Assembly: GCA_040752415.1 (NCBI GenBank)
Contig: JBFMGU010000001.1
Span: 32,001-96,000, forward strand
Direction: 5' to 3'
Source: Myxococcota bacterium
Lineage (GTDB): Bacteria > Myxococcota > JACRCW01
Length of the DNA stretch: 64,000 nucleotides
Shown here: one piece after another, positions 19,485 to 29,072 of the stretch
Layout: the number at the start of each line of letters is the position of its first letter
Position numbering within the stretch: position 1 is the first letter of the stretch
The notes under the pieces: model-generated
What the model was told of the DNA's origin: nothing
The model's database searches: none
Seen by the model: only the letters and a program-made list of their open reading frames with translations
Translations under genes and position numbers: made by a program

Positions 19485-20755
19485 GACTGCGGGACTCAGC
19501 AGCGCGTTGGGACCGGGAGCTTGAAGGCCCGGCATCTCATCGCCCGTCGGATGTTGCGACGGGGGACGCCTCGGAGCCTGCCACCAGCGGGAGCCCGGGC
19601 GTGAAGTCCCGGCTGTACCTTCCCTCGCTCGACGGACTCCGCTTCATCGCATTCCTTCTCGTCTTCATCCACCACAGTCCGCCCTTCGTCGTGGAAGGCG
19701 CGCGGAATGTGGCCGTTCGAATACTGCACGGAATCCAGAGCCGGGGCTGGATTGGCGTGGACCTCTTCTTCGCGCTCAGCGCGTACCTCCTGACCCGCCT
19801 TCTCTGCCGAGAGCACGCGGCCTTTGGAAGCATCGACCTGCGCTCGTTCTATGTCCGGCGGGCGCTTCGCATCTGGCCGCTGCATTTCTTCGCCGTGTTG
19901 GTTGGCACACTGTTGCTTCCGCTTGCGGGCGTCCTGGGACCGGCCTGGACGACGGAGGAGCACACGCAGCTGGTGCAACGCCACACCATTGCGAACGTCC
20001 TCCTGATGGGAAACTACTCGGCGGGCATCTGGGGTTATGCACCCAGCAAGATGATGAGCGCGCTGTGGAGCATCAGCCTCGAGGAGCAGTTCTACCTCTT
20101 CTGGCCGTGGACGCTTCGATACGTTCTCAAACGCTCACCATGGGCCCGACTCCTCATCCTCCTCGGGATGGTCCTGTTGTCCGTCACCGCAAAACTCTGC
20201 CTGGCGTCGGTGACCCAGCATCCATTCCTGTGGACGGCGACGTTCTGTCGTCTTGAACCGTTCGTCATCGGGGCGGCGCTGGCGCTGGCCGCAGAAGGGC
20301 TCCTGCCCGTGCGTTTCCGTCAGCCCTCGCCCTTCGCCGCGTTGATGGCACTGATGGCGTCCGTGGCGCTCGTGGCAGCGCTTCCCAACGTGGACAGCCA
20401 GGGCCTGAGCTCCATCGCGCTGTTTGGTGCGGCGGCGTGTTTCGCGGGGTCGTTGCTTCCGCTCGCCCTGGCGGAGGGAAGCACCATGATGCGCGTGCTC
20501 GGAAGCCCGCCCGCTCGCTGGATGGGGACGGTCACCTATGGCTTGTACGTGTACCACATCGCTGCGTTCGCGATTGTCGGCGGAGAGGTGGAGCAGACGG
20601 GCCTGCAACCCGGAGCGCCTCTCACCTGGTTTGTGACCACGTTGGCGGCACTTCTGCTGACGGGAGCGTTGGCGCGAGTTTCGTACGCGTTGCTGGAGCG
20701 GCCATTTGTCCGCATGAAGGACCGCTATGCGCGGATTCTCTCTCGCCCACCGTGA
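19481..20755 (+). CDS. Acyltransferase-3 family O-acyltransferase (OafA-like)
   Basis: PSLDGLRFIAFLLVFIHH, GVDLFFALSAYLL, FYVRRALRIWP, WSISLEEQFY, SYALLERPF; true start may be about 120 bp downstream. Confidence 0.88.
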   Translation: MRLRDSAARWDRELEGPASHRPSDVATGDASEPATSGSPGVKSRLYLPSLDGLRFIAFLLVFIHHSPPFVVEGARNVAVRILHGIQSRGWIGVDLFFALSAYLLTRLLCREHAAFGSIDLRSFYVRRALRIWPLHFFAVLVGTLLLPLAGVLGPAWTTEEHTQLVQRHTIANVLLMGNYSAGIWGYAPSKMMSALWSISLEEQFYLFWPWTLRYVLKRSPWARLLILLGMVLLSVTAKLCLASVTQHPFLWTATFCRLEPFVIGAALALAAEGLLPVRFRQPSPFAALMALMASVALVAALPNVDSQGLSSIALFGAAACFAGSLLPLALAEGSTMMRVLGSPPARWMGTVTYGLYVYHIAAFAIVGGEVEQTGLQPGAPLTWFVTTLAALLLTGALARVSYALLERPFVRMKDRYARILSRPP

Positions 20756-20931
20756 GCGAGCGCGCACGGAAACGGGATCCAACACCGGCGTGCCGTCGTG
20801 TTAGGAGACTTGGCAGTTGGGAACGCCGGAGCCGTAGCCGGGGCCGAGACGATGCATGGAGCGGGGTGCGCTCCCTCGGAAGAAATGCCTCACCAGTGAA
20901 CGCAGAGCTGGGACTGAGGCACGGAGCTGAC

Positions 20932-22032
20932 ATGGTGGATTTCAACGCGCTGAAACCAGCGAACGAGGAGCTTGACCAGGACCTGGCGGCCGCGGCGCTG
21001 CGGGTCCTTCGCAGCGGGTGGTACATCCTCGGCCCAGAGGTGGAAGCGTTCGAGCACGCGTTCGCGCAGTACCACGGCATCCCGTTCGCCATCGGCGTCG
21101 CGAATGGGACCGACGCGCTGGAGCTGGCGCTGCGGGCCGCGGGCGTGGGCCCCGGTGACGAGGTCATCACGGTCGCTCACACCGCGGTGGCCACCGTATG
21201 CGCGGTGGAGCGCACCGGCGCCCGCCCCGTCCTCGTCGACATTGACCCTGTTACATACACCATGGACCCCGCCGCGGCCGAAGCGGCCATCACGCCTCGG
21301 ACCCGCGCACTGGTGCCGGTCCACCTCTACGGTCACCCTGCGAACCTCGGTGCCTTGACCGAGCTCGCGCGTCGTCACGGGCTCTTCCTCCTGGAGGATT
21401 GTGCGCAGGCCCATGGCGCAACCTGGGCGGGAGAGAAGGTCGGCACGTTCGGGAACGCCGCGGCATTCAGTTTCTATCCCACCAAGAATCTCGGCGCGTT
21501 GGGTGACGGTGGCGCCATCATCACCAGGGACGCGGCGCTCGCGGAGCGCATCCGTCGCTTGCGCAACTACGGACAGAAGGCGCGCTATGAGCACGTGGAG
21601 CGCGGCATCAACAGCCGTCTCGACGAGCTTCAGGCAGCGTTGTTGCGTGTGAAGCTCCAGCACCTGGACGAGCACAACGCCCGACGTCAGGCGGTTGCAC
21701 ACGCGTACACGACGGGCCTGCGGGGCGTGGACGTGCCGGTGGTTGCGGCGGGCGCTGGGCACGTCTTCCACCTCTACGTGGTCCGCCACCGGCAGCGCGA
21801 CCAGCTCGCGGCCTTGCTGAAGCAGAACGGCGTCCACACGCTGATTCACTATCCCATCCCGGTGCATCGTCAGCAGGCCTATGCGGACCTCAGGCTCGAC
21901 GTGGGCTCGCTGCCGGTGACCGAGAAGATCGCCTCAGAGATTCTCTCTCTTCCCCTCTATGTTGGCATTCCGACGTCCGCCGTGGGCGAGGTGATTGACG
22001 TCGTGAACCGGGTGCAGGCGGAGCTCGCATGA
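20932..22032 (+). CDS. DegT/DnrJ/EryC1/StrS aminotransferase (FdtB-like, dTDP-3-amino-sugar transaminase type)
   Basis: SGWYILGPEVEAFE, VANGTDALEL, EDCAQAHGA, SFYPTKNLGALGDGG, NSRLDELQAA; ATG 20932 after GGAG. Confidence 0.9.
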   Translation: MVDFNALKPANEELDQDLAAAALRVLRSGWYILGPEVEAFEHAFAQYHGIPFAIGVANGTDALELALRAAGVGPGDEVITVAHTAVATVCAVERTGARPVLVDIDPVTYTMDPAAAEAAITPRTRALVPVHLYGHPANLGALTELARRHGLFLLEDCAQAHGATWAGEKVGTFGNAAAFSFYPTKNLGALGDGGAIITRDAALAERIRRLRNYGQKARYEHVERGINSRLDELQAALLRVKLQHLDEHNARRQAVAHAYTTGLRGVDVPVVAAGAGHVFHLYVVRHRQRDQLAALLKQNGVHTLIHYPIPVHRQQAYADLRLDVGSLPVTEKIASEILSLPLYVGIPTSAVGEVIDVVNRVQAELA

Positions 22033-23027
22033 CACACATGGACCTTTCCGCATACCGCGGCGCGCGCGTTCTCATCACCGGCGGGATGGGTTTCCTGGGC
22101 AGCAGTCTGGCACTGCGTCTGGTGGAGCTGGGCGCCCGCGTGACGGTGATGGACGCCATGCTGCCCGGCTATGGCGGCAACCTCTTCAACATCGCTCCCA
22201 TCCGCGAGAAGATCACCGTCAATTTCAGCGACATTCGCGACGTCAACGTCATGAACTACCTGGTGGCTGGCCAGGACGTCATCTTCCACCTCGCGGGACA
22301 GGTGGACCACGTGATGAGCCTGACCGACCCCTACCCGGATATCGACATCAACATTCGCGGCACCGCGGTGCTCATGGAGGCCTGCAAGCACCACAACAAA
22401 GATGCGCGCGTTGTGAAGGCGGGAACGCGCGGGCAATACGGGCCCGCGGTGTCGTTGCCGGTGAGTGAATCAGCGCCAAGCCATCCGCGCGGCATCTATG
22501 AAATCTCGCTCCTCACCGCCGAGAAGATCATGCAGGTCTACAACGACGTGCATGGCATCAAGACGGTGATGCTGCGGCTGACCAACATCTACGGTCCTCG
22601 CGCCCAGATGCGGCACGCGCGTTATGGCGTTGCCAATTGGTTCGTGCGGCTGGCGCTGGACGATCAGGTCATCAAGGTTTTCGGCGACGGCACCATCAAG
22701 CGGGACTTCCTCTACGTCGACGATTGCATCGAGGCCCTGCTGCTGGCGGGAGTCAACCCGGCGGCAACCGGGGAGGTCATCAACGTCGGGCGCGACGATT
22801 GGTCGAACTTCAAGGAGCTGGCGGAGGTGCTCATTGAGGTGGCGGGGCAAGGGCGCTGGGAGTACGCGCCGTTCACGCCGGAGCGAAAGGCGCAGGAGCC
22901 CGGCGACTTCTATTCGGACATCACCAAGATCCGGAGACTCCTGGGGTGGGAGCCAAGGACGCCGTTGCGGGAGGGTCTGAAGGCCACCCTGAGCTACTAT
23001 CGAGCCAACCGTGAGCACTACTGGTAA
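22029..23027 (+). CDS. NAD-dependent epimerase/dehydratase family protein (atypical active site)
   Basis: ITGGMGFLGSSL, FHLAGQVDH, RLTNIYGPR, RDFLYVDD; YEISL in place of YxxxK. Confidence 0.85.
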   Translation: MTHMDLSAYRGARVLITGGMGFLGSSLALRLVELGARVTVMDAMLPGYGGNLFNIAPIREKITVNFSDIRDVNVMNYLVAGQDVIFHLAGQVDHVMSLTDPYPDIDINIRGTAVLMEACKHHNKDARVVKAGTRGQYGPAVSLPVSESAPSHPRGIYEISLLTAEKIMQVYNDVHGIKTVMLRLTNIYGPRAQMRHARYGVANWFVRLALDDQVIKVFGDGTIKRDFLYVDDCIEALLLAGVNPAATGEVINVGRDDWSNFKELAEVLIEVAGQGRWEYAPFTPERKAQEPGDFYSDITKIRRLLGWEPRTPLREGLKATLSYYRANREHYW

Positions 23028-23595
23028 ACCGCCCTTCATCCACTCGCACGCCCTCGTGGAGCCGGGCGCGTCGCTGGGCCATGGGACCCGCGTCTGGGCA
23101 TTCGCGCATGTCCTTCCGGGTGCGGTCATTGGTGAGGACTGCAACATCTGCGACCACACCTTCGTCGAGAACGACGTCCGCATCGGCCATCGTGTCACGC
23201 TGAAGTGCGGCGTTCACGTGTGGGACGGTCTCCGCATCGAGGATGACGTTTTCGTGGGGCCGAGCGCGGTGTTCACCAACGATCTCCGCCCGCGCAGCAA
23301 GCAATACCCCGAGCAGTTCCCCGAAACGTGGCTAAGGCGTGGATGCAGCATTGGTGCCGGCGCCATCATCCTGCCGGGCATCGAGATTGGTGCCTGGGCC
23401 ATGGTCGGGGCTGGCGCGGTGGTCACCCGGAGTGTTCCGGCACACGCGCTGGTGATTGGGAACCCGGCACGGTTTCGCTCGTGGGTGTGTCGCTGCGGAA
23501 CAAAGCTGGAGCCTGGGCAGGTGAGTCCCTGTTCATGCGGGCGAAAGTGGAATTGGTCAGCAGATGGCGCTCCCGCCGAAGTGACGTCAAGCTGA
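23011..23595 (+). CDS. Hexapeptide-repeat N-acetyltransferase (WxcM/FdtD acyltransferase-domain-like) with C-terminal Cys knuckles
   Basis: GEDCNICDHTFVENDVRIG, FTNDLRPRSK, GAGAVVTRSVP, GNPAR; tail CRCG...CSCG. Confidence 0.88.
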   Translation: MSTTGKPPFIHSHALVEPGASLGHGTRVWAFAHVLPGAVIGEDCNICDHTFVENDVRIGHRVTLKCGVHVWDGLRIEDDVFVGPSAVFTNDLRPRSKQYPEQFPETWLRRGCSIGAGAIILPGIEIGAWAMVGAGAVVTRSVPAHALVIGNPARFRSWVCRCGTKLEPGQVSPCSCGRKWNWSADGAPAEVTSS

Positions 23596-23629
23596 GTTGG
23601 CGAGCTGCCATCAGGACGCCAGGAACAAC

Positions 23630-24877
23630 ATGAAAGAACCGGTGCTTCTCGCCTGGCCCATTGCGGGACGCTTTGGCGGCACAGAGACGATGATCGCGCG
23701 GCTGGCGCGAGGATTCCGTGACGCCGGACATCCCGTCTGGGTGTTATGCCGGGACACGCCCATGGTCCCGCGTTACCGCGAAGCTGGCGCCACCGTCATG
23801 ACGCTGGATGCGCTGGAATGGGAGCCGTCGCTGCAGCGCTCGGAAGAGTTCCTGCAGACCACCGCGCGCATCATTGCGGCGCTTCCTTCCGGCTGCAGGC
23901 CACGAATCATCACCTTTGATGCCAAGGGGCTGATGATCGGCGGGATGGTCGCCATGGCCACGCAGGGGCGGTTGTTCGCCTACGTGGTGCACCCACTGAT
24001 CCTGGCGTCCGTGCGGGCCGAGGTGCTCCAGAAGCTGGTCTCGCTGGGCCGATTGTTTTCCATCAATGAGGGGTGCCTGGACCCCATGATGCCTGCCTTA
24101 GGCGAGCTTCGCGCCGCGGTTCCCCTCTTGCCGGTGGCCATTCCAGAGAGTGAGCCGTTGCAGGCGCAGCCGAGAGAGCAAGGGCAGTTGCGAATCCTCA
24201 GCGTTGCACGCCTGGAACCGGACAAGCGCTACCTCTTTGGCCTGGTTCGCGCCATGGCGGCGATACGCTCGCACTTCCCGCGCGCCACGCTCACGATTGT
24301 GGGGGATGGCAGCCTCCGCAAAGCGTTGCAGGAGGAAGTTCAGCGCGTGTCGTCGTCAACGGTTTCGCGGATGGTCGGCGCAGTCCCTCCGGAGCAGCTC
24401 GCTGACTTCTATCGCGATTGTGATGTGTACGTGGGCATGGGAACCACGGCGCTGTTGGCTGCCATGTACGGCCGTCCCACCCTCGTGGTGCGGATTGACG
24501 ACGAAGAGCAGCACTGTCTCGGGCTCCTTCAGCACCAGCGCGGATTCAATTTCGGGGAATCCGACCCTGCCACCAACGTCGTTCCCCTCGTCGATGCCGT
24601 GGTGGAGACGTGCGCACGGGAGGAACGTCGTCAGGAGCTGGCGCGGGAGGCCCATGCCTATGTCATGGCGCACCACACGGAGCGTGGCGTGATGCCGCGG
24701 GTTTTGTCACACGTGGAGCAGGCGAAGGACGGCCCGGTTCTCGTCACGCACGACGACTCGATTTCTCCCGCTGGCGAAACCCGATGGCTCGCGAGACGCA
24801 CGAAGCAGCGTGAACCGCGGGTTGAGCGTTGGATTGCGGCTGCGCGTCGCGCTGCGGACGTGCTGCGAGCCCGGTGA
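23630..24877 (+). CDS. Glycosyltransferase family 4
   Basis: FGGTETMIARLARG, ILSVARLEPDK, LTIVGDGSLR, YRDCDVYVGMGTTALLAAMYGRP; ATG 23630 after AGGA. Confidence 0.75.
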   Translation: MKEPVLLAWPIAGRFGGTETMIARLARGFRDAGHPVWVLCRDTPMVPRYREAGATVMTLDALEWEPSLQRSEEFLQTTARIIAALPSGCRPRIITFDAKGLMIGGMVAMATQGRLFAYVVHPLILASVRAEVLQKLVSLGRLFSINEGCLDPMMPALGELRAAVPLLPVAIPESEPLQAQPREQGQLRILSVARLEPDKRYLFGLVRAMAAIRSHFPRATLTIVGDGSLRKALQEEVQRVSSSTVSRMVGAVPPEQLADFYRDCDVYVGMGTTALLAAMYGRPTLVVRIDDEEQHCLGLLQHQRGFNFGESDPATNVVPLVDAVVETCAREERRQELAREAHAYVMAHHTERGVMPRVLSHVEQAKDGPVLVTHDDSISPAGETRWLARRTKQREPRVERWIAAARRAADVLRAR

Positions 24878-24889
24878 GGTGTTCCGCGA

Positions 24890-26068
24890 CTACGGCGAGG
24901 AGGGTCGGGCAGGCTCCTTGGACAGAATCTGCTTCGCCAGGGCCTCCGCTTGAAGCTCGTAACCTCGTCCGTTGCAGTGGGGATCACGGGGGAGCAGGTG
25001 GAACGGGCCGCGTGCTTGTTGGGCCCGGAACGAGTCGATGAGCGGCACGAACCCGATGCCGGTCTCGTCGGCGGCGCTCTTCACTCGTTTCTCAATGGCG
25101 TAGCGGTCGTACTTCTCCGGAGGAATGCCTTTGGAGTGCAGCGTTTCCTGCACCACGGGCTCCCACACCTCCGAAATCGCGGGATGCAGGTACATCACAA
25201 ACTGCGCGCCGTTCGTCGTCGCGGTTCCCTTCATCCGCGTCAGCAATCGCTTGAACAGCGCCCAATCCCGTCGCTCAAGCTCCTGCGGGTTGTAATAGGC
25301 CTCGTCTCCCAGCCCCATGAGGTTTCGTCCGCTCCAGGTGCCCATGGACGTTCTCAGGACCAGCAGGCTGGGTTGGAGCACACGGTAGAAAGCCGACAAT
25401 TGCAGCCAGCGGCCGGGGCCTTCCCCCATCTTGGCGACGTCGGCGCCGGCAGGCGGCGGATGCTCCTCAAGGCTGCCGTCTGGTTTCAACGTGAACCGCA
25501 CCTTCCCCAGCCCGGCAAAGTCGGACACCACGTTCCCGCCAAAGTCGTTGTCGCAGACGCCGTGCAGGATGATGTCCGGTTTGTACAGGGGCACCAGCTG
25601 CTCCATGCGCACCAGGGCCTGGTCCGTGGCGTATCCCTGGACACCCGCGTTCACGACGTCCACGTTGAGGCCTGCGCCGCGCAGGATCCGCTCCAGGTGG
25701 GCGTGCACGGTCTGATCTTGCGGAACCGAACGCCCCACCACCGCGGAGTCGCCAAACAACATGACGCGCAGTGCACCCGCGGGCTTCTCGCGGGTGGCGG
25801 TGGGCGGGGTCAGGCCGTCGGCGTTGGTCTGGAAGTGGACTTCCCACCCGTGCTCGGTGGCGGTGGTGACGTCGATGTTGGGCTTCTGGACCCAGCCGGC
25901 GCGGGCGTCGCGGACCCAGTCGTCGGCCGCGTCGCGGAACCGCCAGCGGGACTCCGGCACCACGAGCCGCGTGCCGACCTCCGCCACGACCAGGAAGCCG
26001 GCCAGGCCAATGCCAACGGAAAGCGCCGCGAATATGAACTGTTTGCCGACGTCCTTGCTCACGTGCAC
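24890..26068 (-). CDS. SGNH/GDSL hydrolase family protein with N-terminal TM anchor (AlgJ/AlgX-like acyltransferase/esterase)
   Basis: VMLFGDSAVVG, VVNAGVQGYATDQ, DNDF, DPHCNGRGY (DxH). Confidence 0.85.
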   Translation of the reverse strand: MHVSKDVGKQFIFAALSVGIGLAGFLVVAEVGTRLVVPESRWRFRDAADDWVRDARAGWVQKPNIDVTTATEHGWEVHFQTNADGLTPPTATREKPAGALRVMLFGDSAVVGRSVPQDQTVHAHLERILRGAGLNVDVVNAGVQGYATDQALVRMEQLVPLYKPDIILHGVCDNDFGGNVVSDFAGLGKVRFTLKPDGSLEEHPPPAGADVAKMGEGPGRWLQLSAFYRVLQPSLLVLRTSMGTWSGRNLMGLGDEAYYNPQELERRDWALFKRLLTRMKGTATTNGAQFVMYLHPAISEVWEPVVQETLHSKGIPPEKYDRYAIEKRVKSAADETGIGFVPLIDSFRAQQARGPFHLLPRDPHCNGRGYELQAEALAKQILSKEPARPSSP

Positions 26069-26106
26069 CGGTTCAACACGTCCGGTGAGGGATCGTCAAG
26101 CTCGTC

Positions 26107-27252
26107 ATGCGCATCCTGACCGTCAGCAATTGTCCGCTGGTTGCAACCCAGGGCTCGGGCTCGGTCATCCTGGGCTTCGCGGAACGACTGCGTGAGCGCG
26201 GCCACACCGTCGAACTGTACGGTCCTCCCGACTACGAGGTCCTGGGCCGCCTGACGCGGGCCAAGAGCTACCGCCAGGCCGCGGGCATGCTGGCGCTGGT
26301 GACGCGACGCTTGGCGCGGAGCCGTTATGATGTCGTGGAGTTCTATGGCGCGGAGTCCTGGCTTGCGCTGAGCGCGTTGCGGCGCCTGCCGCGTCGGGAC
26401 TTCCTGTTGGTGAGTCATTCCAACGGGCTCGAGTCTCACTACATCGGCGCGTTGTTGCGTGCGCTGGGGACCTGGTCACCCAATGGATCGCCGACGCGCT
26501 GGTACCAACGTGATCCGCGTCCGCTCTTCGACCTGGGCTTCCGCTCCGCCGACGGGATTGTGACCGTGAGCGAGTTCGATCGGGACTTCGCGTTGACGCA
26601 CGGCTACCAGCCGTCGTCGCGCGTGGTGGCCGTGCCGAACGCCGTGGACCCCGTCTTTCTGGACGCCACCCCACGCGGGAACAGCTCCAACACCGTCGGG
26701 TTTTGCGGCTCCTGGATCTCCATCAAGGGCATCGACGTCATGACCCGCGACGTCACGGAGTTCTTGCGGGTCCGTCCGGACTGGCGCTTCTCCGTCGTGG
26801 GAGTCGGGGATGGTTTTCGTGCTGAAGACGTGTTTCCCGCGGACGTGCGAGCGCGGGTTGACGTCGTCCCCTACCTGAGGGAGCGGCGTCAGCTTCGCGA
26901 CTGGTACGGCAGTGTGTCCATCCTGGTGGCACCGTCGATCTACGAGAGCTTCAGTCTCGCCGTCGCGGAAGGCATGTGTTGCGGCTGCGCTGTCGTCGCC
27001 ACGCGCATTGGGGTGGCGGCGTCGCTCGTGGACGGGGAGCAGGTGGTGCACCTCCCCGCGTCGGAGAGTCCGCATCTCTATGAGGCACTCATCCGCCTGG
27101 CGGACGACGAGGCATTGCGCAACAAGCTGGCCCGCGCCGGACGCGAGTACGCGCGACGCTTGACGTGGGACGCGGCGGTGCAGCGGCTGGAGAGCACGTA
27201 CGTTCACTGGTTGGACGAGCTGCGGGCGGGACACGCTCGCGGAGCGGCCTAG
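26107..27252 (+). CDS. Glycosyltransferase family 4
   Basis: IVTVSEFD, VPNAVD, KGID, APSIYESFSLAVAEGMCCGCAVVAT (Ex7E motif), LTWDAAV. Confidence 0.9.
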   Translation: MRILTVSNCPLVATQGSGSVILGFAERLRERGHTVELYGPPDYEVLGRLTRAKSYRQAAGMLALVTRRLARSRYDVVEFYGAESWLALSALRRLPRRDFLLVSHSNGLESHYIGALLRALGTWSPNGSPTRWYQRDPRPLFDLGFRSADGIVTVSEFDRDFALTHGYQPSSRVVAVPNAVDPVFLDATPRGNSSNTVGFCGSWISIKGIDVMTRDVTEFLRVRPDWRFSVVGVGDGFRAEDVFPADVRARVDVVPYLRERRQLRDWYGSVSILVAPSIYESFSLAVAEGMCCGCAVVATRIGVAASLVDGEQVVHLPASESPHLYEALIRLADDEALRNKLARAGREYARRLTWDAAVQRLESTYVHWLDELRAGHARGAA

Positions 27253-29057
27253 AACCGGTAGCTCCACTCCAGGTACCCCCGACTCATCGGCGTCAAATAC
27301 CACCCCTTGCTCCCCGGCCATCCCGCAAACAGCTCCAGCCCCGTCGCCAGCTCGGCGTTCACGGCCAGCTGGTACGTGACCCGCGCGCTCATCCCCGCGT
27401 CGCGCTGCCACGGCGCCAGCAGCGTGGCAAAGCGCCAGCCGAACGTGTCGAAGAAGCTTCCGCGCAACCGCGCCTGCAACGTGGGCCGGTGCACGGTGTG
27501 CTCTCCGGCGCGGGCCTGGTCGGTGGGCTCCAATCGGGCAATGCGCGCTCCGTCGGGAACACCGTTGATCAGGTCGTAGCCCGCCTCGAGGGCTCCCTGG
27601 ACCAGCTCGGTGTAACCGCTCTCCACGCCCACAACGACACCCGCGGTCCACACGTCGGCGCTGCGCAGCGTTCCATCCCGCGCCACCACGTGCACCGTCC
27701 GTCCAATCTGCGGGCCCACCAACGGCGAGAGATGCGCCATTCCGCGCACCACCGCCGGGCCCACCGTGCCACTGACTTCCGCCTGCGCCACCATCGCGCG
27801 CCGGAAGCGGTAGGCCACACTTCCCTCCAGCGCTGAGCAACGCTCGTCGCCACACGCGTCGGCCAGTGGCGCGTTGACGACGTGTTGCGCCTGCCGGTCG
27901 CTCGCCGCGCCCAGTGCGCGCGCGGTGTCGTCGGACATCTGTAGCTCTGGCACCGGGTCATGCCCGAACACAGCCGCCAGCGAGACGTCCGCCCGCTCCA
28001 ACGCCAGGAACGCCCGCGCTCCGACGGTGGGACTGAAATCCCCGAGCACCGGCCGGTCATGCAGCGGGACACCGCGTTGCAGCGCGTCCGCGGCGTGCGC
28101 ATCCATTCCCGCGCGTGAAACCAGCAGCGAGCCCACGGGCTCCGCCAGGTCCCACGCCTCCGCGTCCTCGGCGAACAGCGGCGCGCGCGGCGGCACGAAC
28201 AACGGAATGACGACGAGCTCCACCCCCACCGGCCCCAGCGCGCCGTAGAAACTCGTCGAGAGAACGGGTGTGCGAGCCTGGAGCTCGTCGGGAAACGCGA
28301 GTCCGTCACGGGGATCCGGCGGATTCAACATGCTGCTCACCGGACTGGAGAGCGCCGCGCTCCACGAGAAGAGCTGTCGTCCCACGCGCAGGCGCGCCTT
28401 CTTCACCTTCAGCGTGGCATGCACCTCTCCCAGCTCCACGACGCCGGAGACGCGGTTGTCAAAGCTCCACGGGCTCTTGCGCCGCCACAGTGGCGTCGTG
28501 AAGTCCGGCGTGAGACGACGTGGAACCTGGATCCCCGCCGCGGCGCGCGCGCGCGTGTAGACCTCTCCGTAGAGATGGAAGGGCAGGTCGGGGCGGACCT
28601 GGATGGTGACCGCCGCCTCGGAGAGCGTGCGCAGCAGATCATTCTCCACCCGGCCGCCCGGCCGCGCCGACGCACGCGAGCCGAACCGCCCCGTCAGCGC
28701 GAAGTGGGACGCCTTCAGTCCGAGGAGAGATCGCTCGCCCAGCGTCTGTCCCGCCGTGGGATCCGCGGGGCCGCCGGAGAGCGTGAACACCGTCGGTGAG
28801 GGGGGGCGCGGCGGGGTGGGCGGGAGCGGTGGCGTCCTGCCCTCGAGGACGGATGGCGTCGGAGGGAGCGGAGGCAGCGGCGGCATGGGCGGCCCGGTGG
28901 GCTCGGGCGGCGGCTCGTCCTCCTCGATGATGATGATCTCCTCCTCTTCCTCCTCGGGCTTGGCCTGCGCGCGGGCGTCCGTCGTCAACGCCAGCATCGT
29001 CGTCGACGCCGCGAGGCAGCAGAGCAACCGCAACACATCCTGGATGGAAACCCGCAC
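27249..29057 (-). CDS. Exported hypothetical protein, probable outer-membrane beta-barrel (DUF1302-like) with acidic/Pro-rich N-terminal linker
   Basis: Signal peptide ending ARAQA, EEEEEEIIIIEEDEPPP..PPLPPLPP linker, ARLRVGRQLFSW, amphipathic strands and C-terminal YLEWSYRF (terminal Phe). Confidence 0.55.
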   Translation of the reverse strand: MRVSIQDVLRLLCCLAASTTMLALTTDARAQAKPEEEEEEIIIIEEDEPPPEPTGPPMPPLPPLPPTPSVLEGRTPPLPPTPPRPPSPTVFTLSGGPADPTAGQTLGERSLLGLKASHFALTGRFGSRASARPGGRVENDLLRTLSEAAVTIQVRPDLPFHLYGEVYTRARAAAGIQVPRRLTPDFTTPLWRRKSPWSFDNRVSGVVELGEVHATLKVKKARLRVGRQLFSWSAALSSPVSSMLNPPDPRDGLAFPDELQARTPVLSTSFYGALGPVGVELVVIPLFVPPRAPLFAEDAEAWDLAEPVGSLLVSRAGMDAHAADALQRGVPLHDRPVLGDFSPTVGARAFLALERADVSLAAVFGHDPVPELQMSDDTARALGAASDRQAQHVVNAPLADACGDERCSALEGSVAYRFRRAMVAQAEVSGTVGPAVVRGMAHLSPLVGPQIGRTVHVVARDGTLRSADVWTAGVVVGVESGYTELVQGALEAGYDLINGVPDGARIARLEPTDQARAGEHTVHRPTLQARLRGSFFDTFGWRFATLLAPWQRDAGMSARVTYQLAVNAELATGLELFAGWPGSKGWYLTPMSRGYLEWSYRF

Positions 29058-29072
29058 GCAGCGGGCATGCTC

